From the NCBI RefSeq assembly GCF_006345805.1, contig NC_043016.1:30814001-30878000 (forward strand): 64,000 nt of DNA, written 5' to 3'. Made by a program: the position numbers and the translations under genes. This document shows, piece after piece, positions 1-12,329 of this stretch; position 1 is the first letter of the stretch; each line of letters opens with the position of its first letter. Origin of the DNA: Octopus sinensis (lineage: Eukaryota). The notes beneath the pieces were generated by a model. It was not told the DNA's origin. It ran no database searches and was given only the letters and a program-made list of their open reading frames with translations.

Positions 1-673
1 GCGGCGATGACGATGTTGATGATGATATCATTATCCTTATCCTTATTATGTTGTTGCTGTCTTGCTTTGGGTCAGTCCTCCTCAAGTACACCTTTGACCA
101 AAAAGTCATGACCATATTATCCTTTTAGTCATATTTATTCTTATTAATATTAGATTAGCAGAATTGCTGATGTAGAGCAAAATGTTATGACCCTTTCGTG
201 TTCTGAGTTCAAATCATACTGAAGTCGACTTTACCTTTCATCCTTCTGTGGACTAGTGAAAAAAAGTACCAGTCATGTAATAGGGTTCGTTTATTTTCCT
301 CTACTTTCTCAAAAAAATTTTGGCATGTACTGTAATCATAATTCTGATTACTGCTGGTCTATGTTTTCTTTCATCTTATTCCCATATCAACCCCTGTTGG
401 AATTTCATCCTAACTCATAACTTCATCCTTACAAATAAGTTGTATGGAATCACTGTTGATGTTCTAGTGGAGACAGTCCACAAGTTTAATGGCACTATTT
501 CTTCTAATGCGAAATCTATCAATCTGAAAGAAACGACATTTTGGAATTTGTCACCAAAATGTTACCAAAATTGAAGTTACTATTCATTCTCAAGGATCTG
601 CCAAGCATAAACAAGATCTTCCAGCTGATGGAGGCTACAAAAAAATGTCTAACCACAGAAACATTGAAACATA

Positions 674-1072
674 GGTGTAGGAGTGGCTGTGTGGTAAGTA
701 GCTTGCTTACCAACCACATGGTTCTGAGTTCAGTCCCACTGCATGGCACCTTGGGCAAGTGTCTTCTACTATAGCCTCGGGTCAACCAAAGCCTTGTGGT
801 GGATTTGGTAGATGGAAACTGAAAGAAGCCCGTCGTATATATGTATGTGTGTATATGTTTGTGTGTCTGTGTTTGTCGCCCCAACATCGCTTGACAACCG
901 ATGCTGTGTGTTTACGTTGCCGTAACTTAGAAGTTCAGCAAAAGGGACCAATAGAATAAGTACTAGGCTTACAAAGAATAAGTCCTGGGATCGATATGCT
1001 TGACTAAAGGCGATGCTCCAGCATGGCCACAGTCAAATGACTGAAACAAGTAAAAGAGTAAAGAGAGTAAAC
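674..1072 (+). mobile_element. tRNA-headed CORE-type SINE (family C), near full length
   Basis: Pol III A/B-box-like head, ggcaccttgggcaagtgtctt core, 3' module ending ggccacagtcaaatgactgaaacaagtaaaagag repeats; more than 10 related copies in window. Confidence 0.8.
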
Positions 1073-1513
1073 GTTCTCTGCCATTTTCCTCTCTTTTCCT
1101 CAGCATTTTTCTTTTTCTGTTCTTTTTCTTCACATATATAAAGGAAAACAAATAACTTCTCTCATTCCTGCTTCACACAGATAATTAAATTGATTAAATT
1201 AGCAAATAAATCAATACTCCTTCAATTAGTGATAAATTCTACTACCATCAGACAACTAATGATCTCCATATACCTATAGTCTCTGGCTATAGGTATATGA
1301 ATATGTTTGTGTGCAGTTAGAAGGAATATAAATAGGTATTTGTTCATTTTTATGTCCATATTGTAAGTGTTGCAAACATGTGGTAGTTTTAGAATTTCTT
1401 TCAGTTTCTGTGTAAAAATCTCATTCTCTGTGATATAAGTCGCATGACAAAAATGACAGAAAAATATATGAATCCATTACAAAGATGAGAGTTACTATCT
1501 TTATTCATTAATA

Positions 1514-1654
1514 TAAGGTTGTCCCAAAAGTTCGTAGAAAGTCTTGGAAAATAATGGTCTTTATTTTGAGGAATAACTTTTGTTGTTTTTGTTAGTACTT
1601 GGCGAGTAAAAATTCAATTTTCGCAAGTATTTACGAACTTTTGGGACAACCTAA
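1514..1654. mobile_element. Mariner-type MITE, 141 bp
   Basis: 23-bp TIRs (t[a/t]aggttgtcccaaaagttcgta, 1 mismatch); TA duplication at 1512-1513 and 1655-1656. Confidence 0.85.
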
Positions 1655-1704
1655 TAGAATCTTGACTATTTCATTTGTATTTATATTTTGTTCTTTCCTT
1701 GTAG

Positions 1705-1827
1705 GCCTTGGATGGTGAAGTGTATGAAAGAATTCAAGATTATTTCACTATCCACACTAGCACAAGTGCTGAAGTTAGTGCCATTGAGACGAACTGCTTT
1801 CAAAAGCTGTCACATGAAGCTGAGAAG
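1705..1827 (+). CDS. FCHSD2: FCHSD2/Nwk-like internal exon A (F-BAR region), phase 0-0, ALDGEVYERIQDYF...LSHEAEK
   Basis: ttctttccttgtag acceptor, AAG|gtaatg donor; 123 nt open; resembles FCHSD2 ALDGNVYDHLKDY segment as recalled. Confidence 0.9.
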
Positions 1828-1917
1828 GTAATGTCCCAGAATATTACTTTATATGTTATTTGTATTAATTCTATCCACATCATTATGATGATGATAATAC
1901 TACTACTACTACTAATA

Positions 1918-1959
<42 letters not shown>

Positions 1960-2530
1960 TTTAGAGTCTTCCCCTATCCAACCTCCTTTTATAGACAGTT
2001 ACTCTATATCCAATTGACTAGTCTAATGTCTTCTTTCCTCCCTGAGGAAAAGCGATATGTATGACAATATTTATGACCATACCTAGCCATGCACCGTCAA
2101 ATCACTCTTGCCCTTTATTCTAAACAGGCACAGTCCTCTAGTCTTAGTTTTAGTAGTATATAAAGAGATAAATGTGACACATGCAAAGAACAGAGAAGTC
2201 TCTTTAGCTTTGGTTGAAAAACCTCCCTGTAAATTGTGCATCAAATAAAGGGCTCTAAATACAAGCTACGATCCTTTCATAAATACTTATTCGGAACTTA
2301 GAAAAGGTGACAAAATGTCAACTAATAACAATTTGGAAAGAATGTGGTGTTAACATGGAATAAGAATCCCTTAGAGCTAGTGAGAATAAATGTGAAATAA
2401 AGACAAATCAGCACCAGTTGTATAATGAATACTGCCCAACAGATTTGAAGAAATGGTCTCATGATTGCAATTGAAGAGTAATGGAGTGGTTTGGATTTTT
2501 ATTATTATTATCATTAATATTATTATTATT

Positions 2531-3400
2531 ATCATCATCATCATCATCCTTTAACGTCCGCTTTCCATGCTAGCATGGGTTGGACGATTTGACTGAGGAC
2601 TGGCGAACCAGATGGCTGCACCAGGCTCCAACCCGTTCTGGCAGAGTTTCTACAGCTGGATGCCCTTCCTAATGCCAACCACTCCAAGAGTGTAGTGGGT
2701 GCTTTTACGTACCACTGGCATGAGGGCCAGTCAAGTGGTATTGGCAACAGCCACGCTTAAATGGTATTTTTTACGTGCCACCTGCACAGGAGTCAGTCCA
2801 GCGGCACTGGCAACGACCTCACTCGAATGTCTTGTTCACATGCCACTGGCACAAGTGCCAGTAAGGCGACGCTGGTAACGATCATGCTCAAATGGTGCTT
2901 TTTACGTGCCACCTGCACAGGAGCCAGTCCAGCGGCACTGGCAACGACCTCACTCGAATGTTTTGTTCACATGCCACTGGCACAAGTGCCAGTAAGGCGA
3001 CGCTGGTAACGATCATGCTCAAATGGTGTTTTTTACGTGCCACCTGCACAGGAGTCAGTCCAGCGGCACTGGCAACGACCTCACTCGAATGTTTTGTTCA
3101 CATGCCACTGCACAAGTGCCAGTAAGGCGACGCTGGTAACGATCATGCTCAATGGTGTTTTTTACGTGCCACCTGCACAGGAGTCAGTCCAGCGGCACTG
3201 GCAACGACCTCACTCGAATGTTTTGTTCACATGCCACTGGCACAAGTGCCAGTAAGGCGACGCTGGTAACGATCATGCTCAAATGGTGCTTTTTACGTGC
3301 CAACCAGCACAGAAGCCAGGCAGCTGCCGTGCTGGTGGACATGTAAAAAGCACCATTTGAGCGTGATTGTTACCAACGTCGTCTTACTGGCACTTGTACA
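2531..3400 (-). mobile_element. 5'-truncated RTE-LINE 3' UTR copy (family D) with expanded 131-bp internal minisatellite
   Basis: (CAT)n tail + tttaacgtccgctttccatgc; shared ctggatgcccttcc core; same subunits are contiguous with RTE ORF2 end at 53400-53940. Confidence 0.75.
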
Positions 3401-3406
3401 TCATTA

Positions 3407-3560
3407 CTATTATTACCTCTGCCTTAGCGAAGACAAAGGTATTGTTTCAGTCGTGTTTGTTTGTTAGCTTGTTTGTTTGTGGACAAGATATCTCAAGAAC
3501 CGCTTGAGAGGACATTGGTGTTGCTTTGGTGAAAGTTTGTGCTCTCTGAGTGCTCTTGTA
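3407..3560 (+). mobile_element. Possible Helentron-associated (HINE/DINE-like) non-autonomous element
   Basis: tattacctctgcc...ggtattgttt start, (tgtt)n interior, gtgctctctgagtgctcttgt end; recognised by recalled pattern only. Confidence 0.4.
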
Positions 3561-3561
3561 C

Positions 3562-3640
<79 letters not shown>

Positions 3641-4121
3641 TATCTTTACATTCTGATTTCAAATGCCGCCAAGGTCGACTTTGCTTTTGATCCTTTTTGG
3701 AGTCAATAAAATAAGTACCAGTAAAGTACTCGAGTAATTGACTTCCCCTCCCTTCAAAAACTGCTGGACCTGTGCTGAAATTTGAAACCATTATTACTAG
3801 TGATGGTGGTGGTGGTGGTTGGTAGTAGTAGCAGTAGTATAAACAGTAAAAACTATTTAAGAGGAGCCATAGGAAATAGATACTTAGTACATTTTCCTTC
3901 CAAATATTAACCACTTAGAATTAAGAACAGTGCATGTTTTTAGCTAGTCGGCAAACTGGAGCAAGTTGAGATATATACGTTATTCAGGAACACAAGATAA
4001 TGACAATAGTAATATTAAAATGTAAACTGTTGAAGTGTAGATTACAGATTACAGTGAGAAAATTTAATGATATCCTGAGAGATACATATATAAGTACATA
4101 GTTATGTGTACTTTAGTTGTA

Positions 4122-4717
4122 GTGAAGGCGCATGGTTCAGTGGTTAGAGCATTGAGTTAAGATCGTGAGGTTGTGAGTTCGAATCCTGGACCGGGCTGCA
4201 TGTTGTGTTCTTGAGCAAGACACTTTATTTCCCGTTGCTCCACTTCACTCAGCTATAGAAATGAGTTGCGACATCACAGGGTCTAAGCTATATCGGCCCC
4301 TTTGCCTTTCCCTTGGATAACACTGGTGGTGTGGAGAGGGGAGGCTGGTATGCATGGGCGACTGCTGGTCTTCCATAAACAACCTTGCCTGGACTTGTGC
4401 CTGGGAAGGTAACTTTCTAGGTGCAATCCCATGGTCAGTCATGCCTTGTGAGTGGATTTGGTAGACGGAAACTGAAAGAAGCCCGTCGTATATATGTATG
4501 TATAGATATATGTACGTGTGTGTGTCTGTGTTTGTCCCCCCAACATCGTTTGACAACTGATGCTGGTGTGTTTACATCCCCGTAACTTAGCGGTTCAGCA
4601 AAAGAGACTGATAGAATAAGTACTAGGCTTACAAAGAATAAGTTCTGGGGGATCAATTTGCTCGACTAAATGTGGTACTCCAGCATGGCCACAGTCAAAT
4701 GACTGAAACAAGTAAAG
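4122..4717 (+). mobile_element. Chimeric SINE: family A (tRNA head + CORE) 4122-~4445 joined to family C 3' portion
   Basis: A box tggttcagtgg, B box gagttcgaatcc, core gtgttcttgagcaagacacttt; switches to ccttgtgagtggatttggtag at ~4445. Confidence 0.8.
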
Positions 4718-4847
4718 AGTTGTTGTCTAGACCAATAATGGAAATTCAAATGTTTTTCAGAAGCAGTTTGAGATATATAAATAAAATTGAACACTCATAC
4801 CTTGTGTATGCGTGTTGTTAATTCATGGGTTGGCTGTGGCTTTTATA

Positions 4848-5078
4848 GGCATAAGAGAATATATTCTCTATGTATCTGGTCTAAAAAACACCTGAAAATA
4901 AGTCACAGCCAAGCAAGACAACTCACAAAGGTCCTTTATCAGAGCAACAGACATTGATATGTCATCATTCTTTTTGTTGTTTTGTCATTGTTTTTTCGTT
5001 GTCATTGTCACTCCAAGAAAGGACCTGATGTGAGTTGTCTTCTTGACTAGGCACATAGCGAATATATTCTCCTATGCC
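4848..5078. mobile_element. MITE with long imperfect TIRs
   Basis: ggcataagagaatatattc ... gaatatattctcctatgcc plus second paired block (aagacaactcac / gtgagttgtctt); TA on both sides. Confidence 0.65.
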
Positions 5079-6069
5079 TAAAAATTGCAGTTGACTCACT
5101 AACTAAGAATACACATACCTTGTGTATGTGTGTTTGACTTTGTTGATAAAGGAAATATATTAGTCATGCAATAACAAAGTGAAAAACTAACTTTATATTG
5201 AAAAATGAGATAAAGACCATTAAAACCAGCCCTATTCTCATAAAAGAAGAAATTTACAGGGAAATTTACTGTTCCCACCCCTAATTTTCTGCCATGCTTT
5301 GACCCCAATAACAAACTTGTTCAATTATATCACCATGGTATAGAGATGTTGTGAGCAAAGTATAAATCATTTCATGTATATTGATGACTCAGAAATCTTT
5401 ACAAAGAATAACACTCCTAAATTTAGGAGAGATTTTTAGAAAACCTCAAAAAATTGTCCATAGTTTCACTAAAGACAAGGATGAGTGTAGAATTAGACAA
5501 GTTTGCCAAAACAACTTCAAAAAGTAACAAATTATGAGCTCTGACAAACAAATTAACATAAAATTTTGATGGAAGGTTTTATTTAGATTATTTTAAACAA
5601 GAAGGTTTGTATCATAGATCGAGAGGAAGTTTTAGGTGTGTTATTATGAGATGGGTTTAGACAAACATGATGGCAAGATCTGGAAGCTTGATCATATGAC
5701 TAGGATACTTCTGTTGAAATATACTACCTTTTTTCAATTAATTCTGAAAATAATGAAGAATTTAGTAAACTACCTTTGTCATTATTAAGCTGGTGTTTTG
5801 AACATAAACTAACAAGAAATTTTGATGCATCACTTTGAAACAGGAAGTTTATATCATAGAATGAGAAACAATCTCAGGTGGGTTGGCATCAAAAATAGTC
5901 AAGGATTTCAGAACAACTATGTATAACAATTTTGTTTTGGGATTTGGTTTGCAAGATTGAAATGGCTCTCCCCAGACACAACAGAATATGTATAACAATG
6001 TTTTGTTTCTATTTCTATTGAAAAATATCTTTCCTGGAACAAACAATTTTTTTCACTTTTTGTTTGCAG

Positions 6070-6165
6070 ATCAGTCGAAACTATAATTTACAGTGTTTCT
6101 TACATGAAAGCAATGTTTTCACCGACCTTTTGCAATATCAATTTGAACCCTGCTGTAATGATCAA
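6070..6165 (+). CDS. FCHSD2: FCHSD2-like exon B, phase 0-0, ISRNYNLQCFLHESNVFTDLLQYQFEPCCNDQ
   Basis: tttgcag acceptor, CAA|gtaagt donor; resembles VVRDYNLQLFLQENAVF...FQFQPCDSD. Confidence 0.92.
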
Positions 6166-6360
6166 GTAAGTTAAAATCTAATGTAAACAATTTATTTAAA
6201 TGAACAGGAAGAACATCGTTTGGCAATGGGTATAATTACTAAGAATAGAGCAAAGATATTCTTGAATGATTTTTGTAAATGTTGCTTTAAAAAGAAAAAA
6301 GCATGCTTAATGTTTATGAATATATATTTATACAGGTGTTCAATCCAATTACTTTTGCAG

Positions 6361-6510
6361 GTAATTAAACTTTCTCAGGAATATGGAGCTAGCCATCAAC
6401 TGGAGAAAGAGGCAAGAAAGTGGGCCACAAAGATATCAAAGGAAACAAAAGCTATTCGGGAGCATATTAAAACAATGAAAGCCTTACAGAATCAACTAAA
6501 ATCTGATGTG
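6361..6510 (+). CDS. FCHSD2: FCHSD2-like exon C, phase 0-0, VIKLSQEYGASHQLEKEARKWATKISKE...LKSDV
   Basis: acttttgcag acceptor, GTG|gtaaac donor; KEARKWAT motif characteristic of FCHSD/Nwk extended F-BAR. Confidence 0.93.
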
Positions 6511-6719
6511 GTAAACTGTTGTTACATATTTATTAAGATATTATTTCTATTAGCTTTGCTCTTTACTAATAAAAATAATTTTTGCCAACACAAACTACTC
6601 CTAGTTTCTAAGGGTTCTAAGTCCCCCCCCCCCACAAGTGTATGCATGCAATCATACAAACATACACACACACACACATGCATGCAATTTTCATACATAG
6701 ATTTATACATATATATTCT

Positions 6720-6925
6720 TTTATTTTATTATTTTACTTCTTTCAGTCATTTGACTGTGGCCATGCTGGAGCACTGTCTTGAAGGGTTTTGGACAAACAA
6801 ATCAACCCCAATATTTTTTTAAAGCCTAGTACTTATTTCATCAGTCTCTTTTGCTGAACTGCTAAGTTACAGGGATGTAAACATACCAACACTGGTTGTC
6901 AAGGGATGATGTGGGGGCAAACACA
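6720..6925 (-). mobile_element. Family C SINE 3' portion, antisense
   Basis: Reverse complement of 4525-4717 type sequence. Confidence 0.8.
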
Positions 6926-7944
6926 GACACAAAGAAACACATAAAAATGTACAAATATATATATATATATATATATTTCAATACATAATTCAGCAGAAAA
7001 TATTTGCTAAGATACCATTAACTCTATTATTATCTAGGATAAAATAATTAATTGATAATAACAGAATTAATAATAAAGGCAATTGCAGGCCCAAAAAGCA
7101 TTAAATAGCTGATAGATTAAAATTTATGTAAATCAAAGGACATACTGAGTATATCTACCTGCTGGAAATAACAGTCAAAACTCTTATTTGAACTGCCGAG
7201 AAAATGACAATGATAATAACTACAGAAATCAACCGTCCACAAGCATACGGGTTAAGAAAATCATTCAACATAACCAATATAACATCCCTCATCATCATCA
7301 TCATCATCATCATTGTTTAACGTCCGCTTTCCATGCTAGCATGGGTTAGATGATTCGACTGAGGTCTGGCGAACCAGATGGCTGCACCAGACTCCAATCT
7401 GATCTGGCAGAGTTTCTACAGCTGGATGCCCTTCCTAACGCCAACCAGCTATATATTTTCTAGTATTTGGACTCTTTCAGTTTCAGTCTACCAAATCCAC
7501 TCACAAGGTTTTTCGTTGACCTGAGGCTATAGTAGAAGACACTTGCCCAAGGTGCCATGCAGTGGGACTGAACCCAGAACCATGTAGTTGGGATGCAGAC
7601 ATGCCTATATATATATATATATATGAAATTAAGTAAATGACGATGGAAGAAGAATTATATAATTAATTTCATTAACTTACAGAAAACATCTCATAGCAGG
7701 AACAGCTTTAGCCATTTTGAGAGCAATCCATCTGAGACCACCCATGGTTCTAGGATAGAAACCTCCTGTTTTAAAGTGAACTAAATGAAAAACCTTCTCT
7801 CAAAATTGCATGCTAAATTTGTTCCAGACATCAACTTAATAATGGTAAAAGTTATTTATTAGACTCTTTATCATTTTCAAAATTAATTGAAAAACTGGCA
7901 ATGTATTTCAACAAAAATATGGTACCATATGGATTAAGCTAATA

Positions 7945-8180
7945 ATATTTATTTCTTTATTGCCCACAAGGGGCTAAACATAGAAGGGACAAACAAGGAC
8001 AGACAAAGGGATTAAGTCGATTACATCGACCCCAGTGCAAAACTGGTACTTTATTTATCGACCCTGAAAGGATGAAAGGCAAAGTTGACCTCGGCGGAAT
8101 TTGAACTCAGAACGTAACGACAGACGAAATACCGCTAAGCATTTCGCCCGGCGCGCTAACGTTTCTGCCAGCTCGCCACC
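7945..8180 (-). mobile_element. tRNA-derived SINE with Nin/Deu-like central domain (family E); related copies at ~140-290, 3650-3800, 21740-21900, 30320-30530, 30545-30760
   Basis: Minus strand ggcgagctggcagaaacgttagc...gttcaaattccgccgaggtcaactttgcctttcatcctttcagggtcgataaat; domain assignment from memory. Confidence 0.7.
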
Positions 8181-9330
8181 TAATAATATTGATTGCATAA
8201 CACCCATTCCTTTGTCATTTATTTAATTTTATATATAGTGCATATAGTGCTATTGTATCTACCACATAATAGCCATCAAGAGGAAGACAATACACATGTA
8301 GAATTCCTTCATTTACTTAACATCCATTTCTGCTCACTCACATGGGTTGGGTCATATTTGAGATAGTATTTTACAGCTAGATGCCCTTCCTGCCACCAAT
8401 CTTTGTTTTGTTTTTGTTTTTTTATTCCACCAGTTTGTCAAAGGCTCAAAGCAACCAGTCATAATGTCAATAAAGAATGTAAACTTCATGTCGCTATTTC
8501 ACTCAGATGGTGAGAAGTGAATCTATGAAATATCAATACACACACACACACACACACACATGCACTGGACTTTCATACAATTTCTATTTATCAACTCTAC
8601 TCACAAAGCATCAGTCAGGATTTAGACAAAAAAAAAACTGTGTAAAACATTAAATATAATAGTTCAGTTAGCAACCAGATGGATTCTGGTTCAGTCCCAC
8701 TGTGCATCATCTTGAACAAGTGTCTTATGTTATGTCCCCAAGCTGACCAATGCTTTGTGAGTGAATTTGATGGATGAAAACTGTGGAAGGCCATCACATG
8801 TGTGCATGTGTGTGTATCTGTGTGCATTTGTCACACCCACTTTCCACTGCTTAACAACCGGTATTGGTTTGTTCACATTTTGTTAACTAAGCTTCTCAGC
8901 AAAAGAGACTAAAAAAATATGTACCATACTTAAAAAATATTAGTACTAGGGACAATTTGTTTGACTAAAACCCTTCAAGTCAGTGCCTCAGTATGGCCAC
9001 AGTCAAATGACCAAAACAAGTAAAAGATAGAAAATAAGAAATTATCAGGTACTGAATTTCTACTTTCATTCTAATAAACATTTTAACTTTGTATTTGTAC
9101 AGTTGTGATGATTTTATATCATTCAGTAAAAAAAAAAAAAATCAGTCAAATGCAGTCATTTCAACTGAATATTTTATTCATAACCCTCACATATATTTAT
9201 TCTTGTAAATTTCATTTCATTTCCCTTTAAGCAGATGTATTTGTTATGAAATATCTAAAGATCTAAAGGAGTCTAAGACATTTGCACTCACCCCACACCC
9301 TGCCGCCATATGGACAGTAACCCTCCCCAA

Positions 9331-9485
9331 GGACAATTACCCCTGAGAACAACAGATGATGATTTAAAACTCCTTGATATATTGGAGATAGGATAATTAA
9401 CCAAGCGGAGTAATTATCCGATGGGGGTAGTTGTTATTGGTGGCAGGGGTGGGGGGTGGAATTGTTCTATGAGGGGTAATTGTCC
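9331..9485. repeat. Short element bounded by a 14-bp perfect inverted repeat, G-rich right half
   Basis: ggacaattacccct (9331-9344) / aggggtaattgtcc (9472-9485). Confidence 0.5.
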
Positions 9486-12329
9486 TGATATGATCTAAAG
9501 TAATCCCAGAATTAAAAATTTTGCTGTGTCACAGAAGGGTCATTACAGCAATGATGAGCAGACACTGGTTCAGTTTAACTCCTTTGTTATTATTCATCAA
9601 TTTATTGGCTATTTAACTTAACTAATCAACTGATTATTTATTTAGTTAATCAATCAATCAGTTGTGTTTGTCAAAGTCCTTTCATCACCATTCACAACCT
9701 CTTCAATGACATGTACACTCTCTACTCCAAGGCAGCTTCAGATCTGTCCATCTGTTCCTTGCTAGCATGTAATGACTGTAAGTCAATACTTGATCATTGG
9801 CAAGGTTGTGTGATCAAGAACACAACACTGGCACGCAGCACTTTGGGGAGGCATCTTAGTCTCAGGTTCACTATTATCTTGGAAATTAGATTGAATAAAC
9901 CGAAACTTGTAGAGAAGGCTGCCATTCAGTGTGATACTCTTTTACTTGTTTCAGGCATTTGGCTGTGACCATGCTGGAGCACCGCCTTTAGTCAAGCAAA
10001 TCGACCCCAGGACTTATTCTTTATAAGCCTAGTACTTATTCTATTGGTCTCTTTTGCCGAACCACTAAGTTATGGGGACGTAACACACCAGCATCGGTTG
10101 TCAAGCGATCTACCAAATCCACTCACAAGGCTTTGGTCGGCCCGAGGCTATAGTAGAAGGCACTTGCTCAAGGTGCCATGCAATAGGACTGAACCTGGAA
10201 CTATGTGGTTGGTAAGCCACTCCTACACCTATGTGTACAAGTATAAATTTATGTGAATGTCTTTAAATTATTTCAGTCATTGAACTGTGGCTATACCACC
10301 TTCAAGGGTTTTAGTTGAACAAATTAATCTTGGTACTTTAATTTTTAAGTCTGGTACTTGTTCTGTCTGTATCTTTTGCTGAACCACTAAGTTACAGGGG
10401 GACATAATCAAACCAATACAATTGTCAAGTATAATTCTCCATTCTTCATGATGTCTTGTGCATGTGTGTATGACAAGCTTCTTTCAGTTTCTATCTATCA
10501 AATCCACTCAAGGCTTTTGTCATCCCAAGGCTGTGGTACAAGGCACATGCTGAAGGTGTCGCACAGTGGGACTGAATCCAAGACCACATGGTTGAGAAGC
10601 AAGCGTCTTACCCATACAGCCATGCCTGTGGTATTTTATATTCTCAAAGAGTTGTAGTCCAAAACATGGGTGAACTCAACCATTCTATAAATAGAAATTA
10701 ATAAAATAAGTTTCAAACTATGATCAAAGAAACTGACTCAAATCATTGATGGCAATGCCCCATCATGGTTACACTTCAGAACCAAAACCAATAAATCTTT
10801 TATATATAACTATAACATTAAAATAGTCCTTGACGGTATAAAGCACTAACATTTTCTTGACTTTGCTGAAAGGTTCAACTGCTTGTGTTCCATAAAGTTT
10901 GGCTTCCAAAAGGTCCACTAAACAGTACCTAATCCAACTAAGATCACTGGAAACACTTTCAGAGCTCTTCAGTTCTAGTTAATATGCATTTAATGCTATA
11001 CAGTTCTCATAAGTCAGTATAGTAATATTAATTCTTGGTTGGTCAGTATGGTACCATTAACTCATGGTTTAAATTTCATCTATCATTTTATTTTCAAACC
11101 GTCTCTTTTTGAATGGTCTTCATACCACTGTTTCACTAAGATATAAAACCATGGAATATCGACATTTGTGCACATACGTACATACATGCTCACACATACA
11201 TACAGAGAAATACATATGAATGTACAAGTTTTCATGCTGTTCTCCCTCTCGCTTTTTCTCATTGACTCAACAGAGAATCCAATAGTTTATGGGTTGTCAT
11301 AGAGCTAAGTTCGTGGAGTGTCCACATCTTTTTTACTAGAATACATCAATGACCCATATATTATATACAAATATGTATTATCAATACTTTACTGATGACA
11401 TCAATCAATGAATCACTTAAAACTATAACTACGAAAAAAAATCAATAAAGACATAAAATCTAGGAAAGCCAGTAGTGCATAGCTTCCTTAAATGGGCAAT
11501 ATCACCTACCAGTGGGCAATTTCAATTTACAGGTGGGCGGTTGGGCATATTTCTAGAAAATGGTGGACGATTTGAGATTTTTGTGGGTGATCTGAACATT
11601 TTGTGGGTGACAAAGAATTCTTAGAAATCAAGTTTGCATTTACCTATATCTAAGCATGCCTAGAATAAGGATGCATTTTTATCGATTTGACTACTGGCAT
11701 GAGATGTCCCTTTGTATTAAAAAAAGCAGACTTGTTTATCAATCGAATATTTTTGTTGCACAGTCATTAAGATTGTTGTCATATGTGCTAAAAGTAGCAG
11801 TGAAGTAGGCCTTGGTCTTAAATCATGCCCTACCACAGTTTCTCTTTATTTTTGCATAATCTTATGAAGTCCCACGTGTAGAATACAAATTTGAAAAAAT
11901 TTTCTGAAAACTCCAAAAAATAAAAAAAAAGTTATGAGGGGTTATATATCATGTGTAATTCTGTGGTTTCATATCAAAACACAAGTGCTATTTTCAGGAT
12001 GTTGACAAAATGTGCAGTCACGCACAAAATGACAGCTTTGAAATCATGTTTCTTCACTGGATGAAAATGCTCAAATGATTATATTAACCTCTATAACTTT
12101 TTAAAAACATTTTTCTAGAAAAAGTTGAATAACTCCAGCAATTTAGCTTGGAAAGGTATATTAATGTGCCAAATTAATAACTTTTTGATAAACTTTAATT
12201 TTTGAAATGCTGGCAGCAAAACGAACTAGATCCGTATTTGCTCCAGTAAAGACGTGTCGTCTGACTCTGCTCTCTTGATTTCTTCTCTTTAGGAATACCA
12301 TACTGCCTTTCTGATGCCGTCCATAGAAA

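Noticed and set aside
2759-3310. CRISPR-like look of the regularly spaced repeats (also 48759-48976)
   Set aside because: Whole units repeat with no unique spacers; eukaryotic context; no cas genes.
6331-6360. Upstream tacag acceptor for exon C
   Set aside because: Adds 25 nt and shifts the frame.
6220-6822. 200-aa ORF
   Set aside because: Only 6361-6510 is exon C; the rest is intronic read-through.
9211-9249. Strong-looking acceptor tttccctttaagcag
   Set aside because: In-frame stop within 5 codons and no credible donor.
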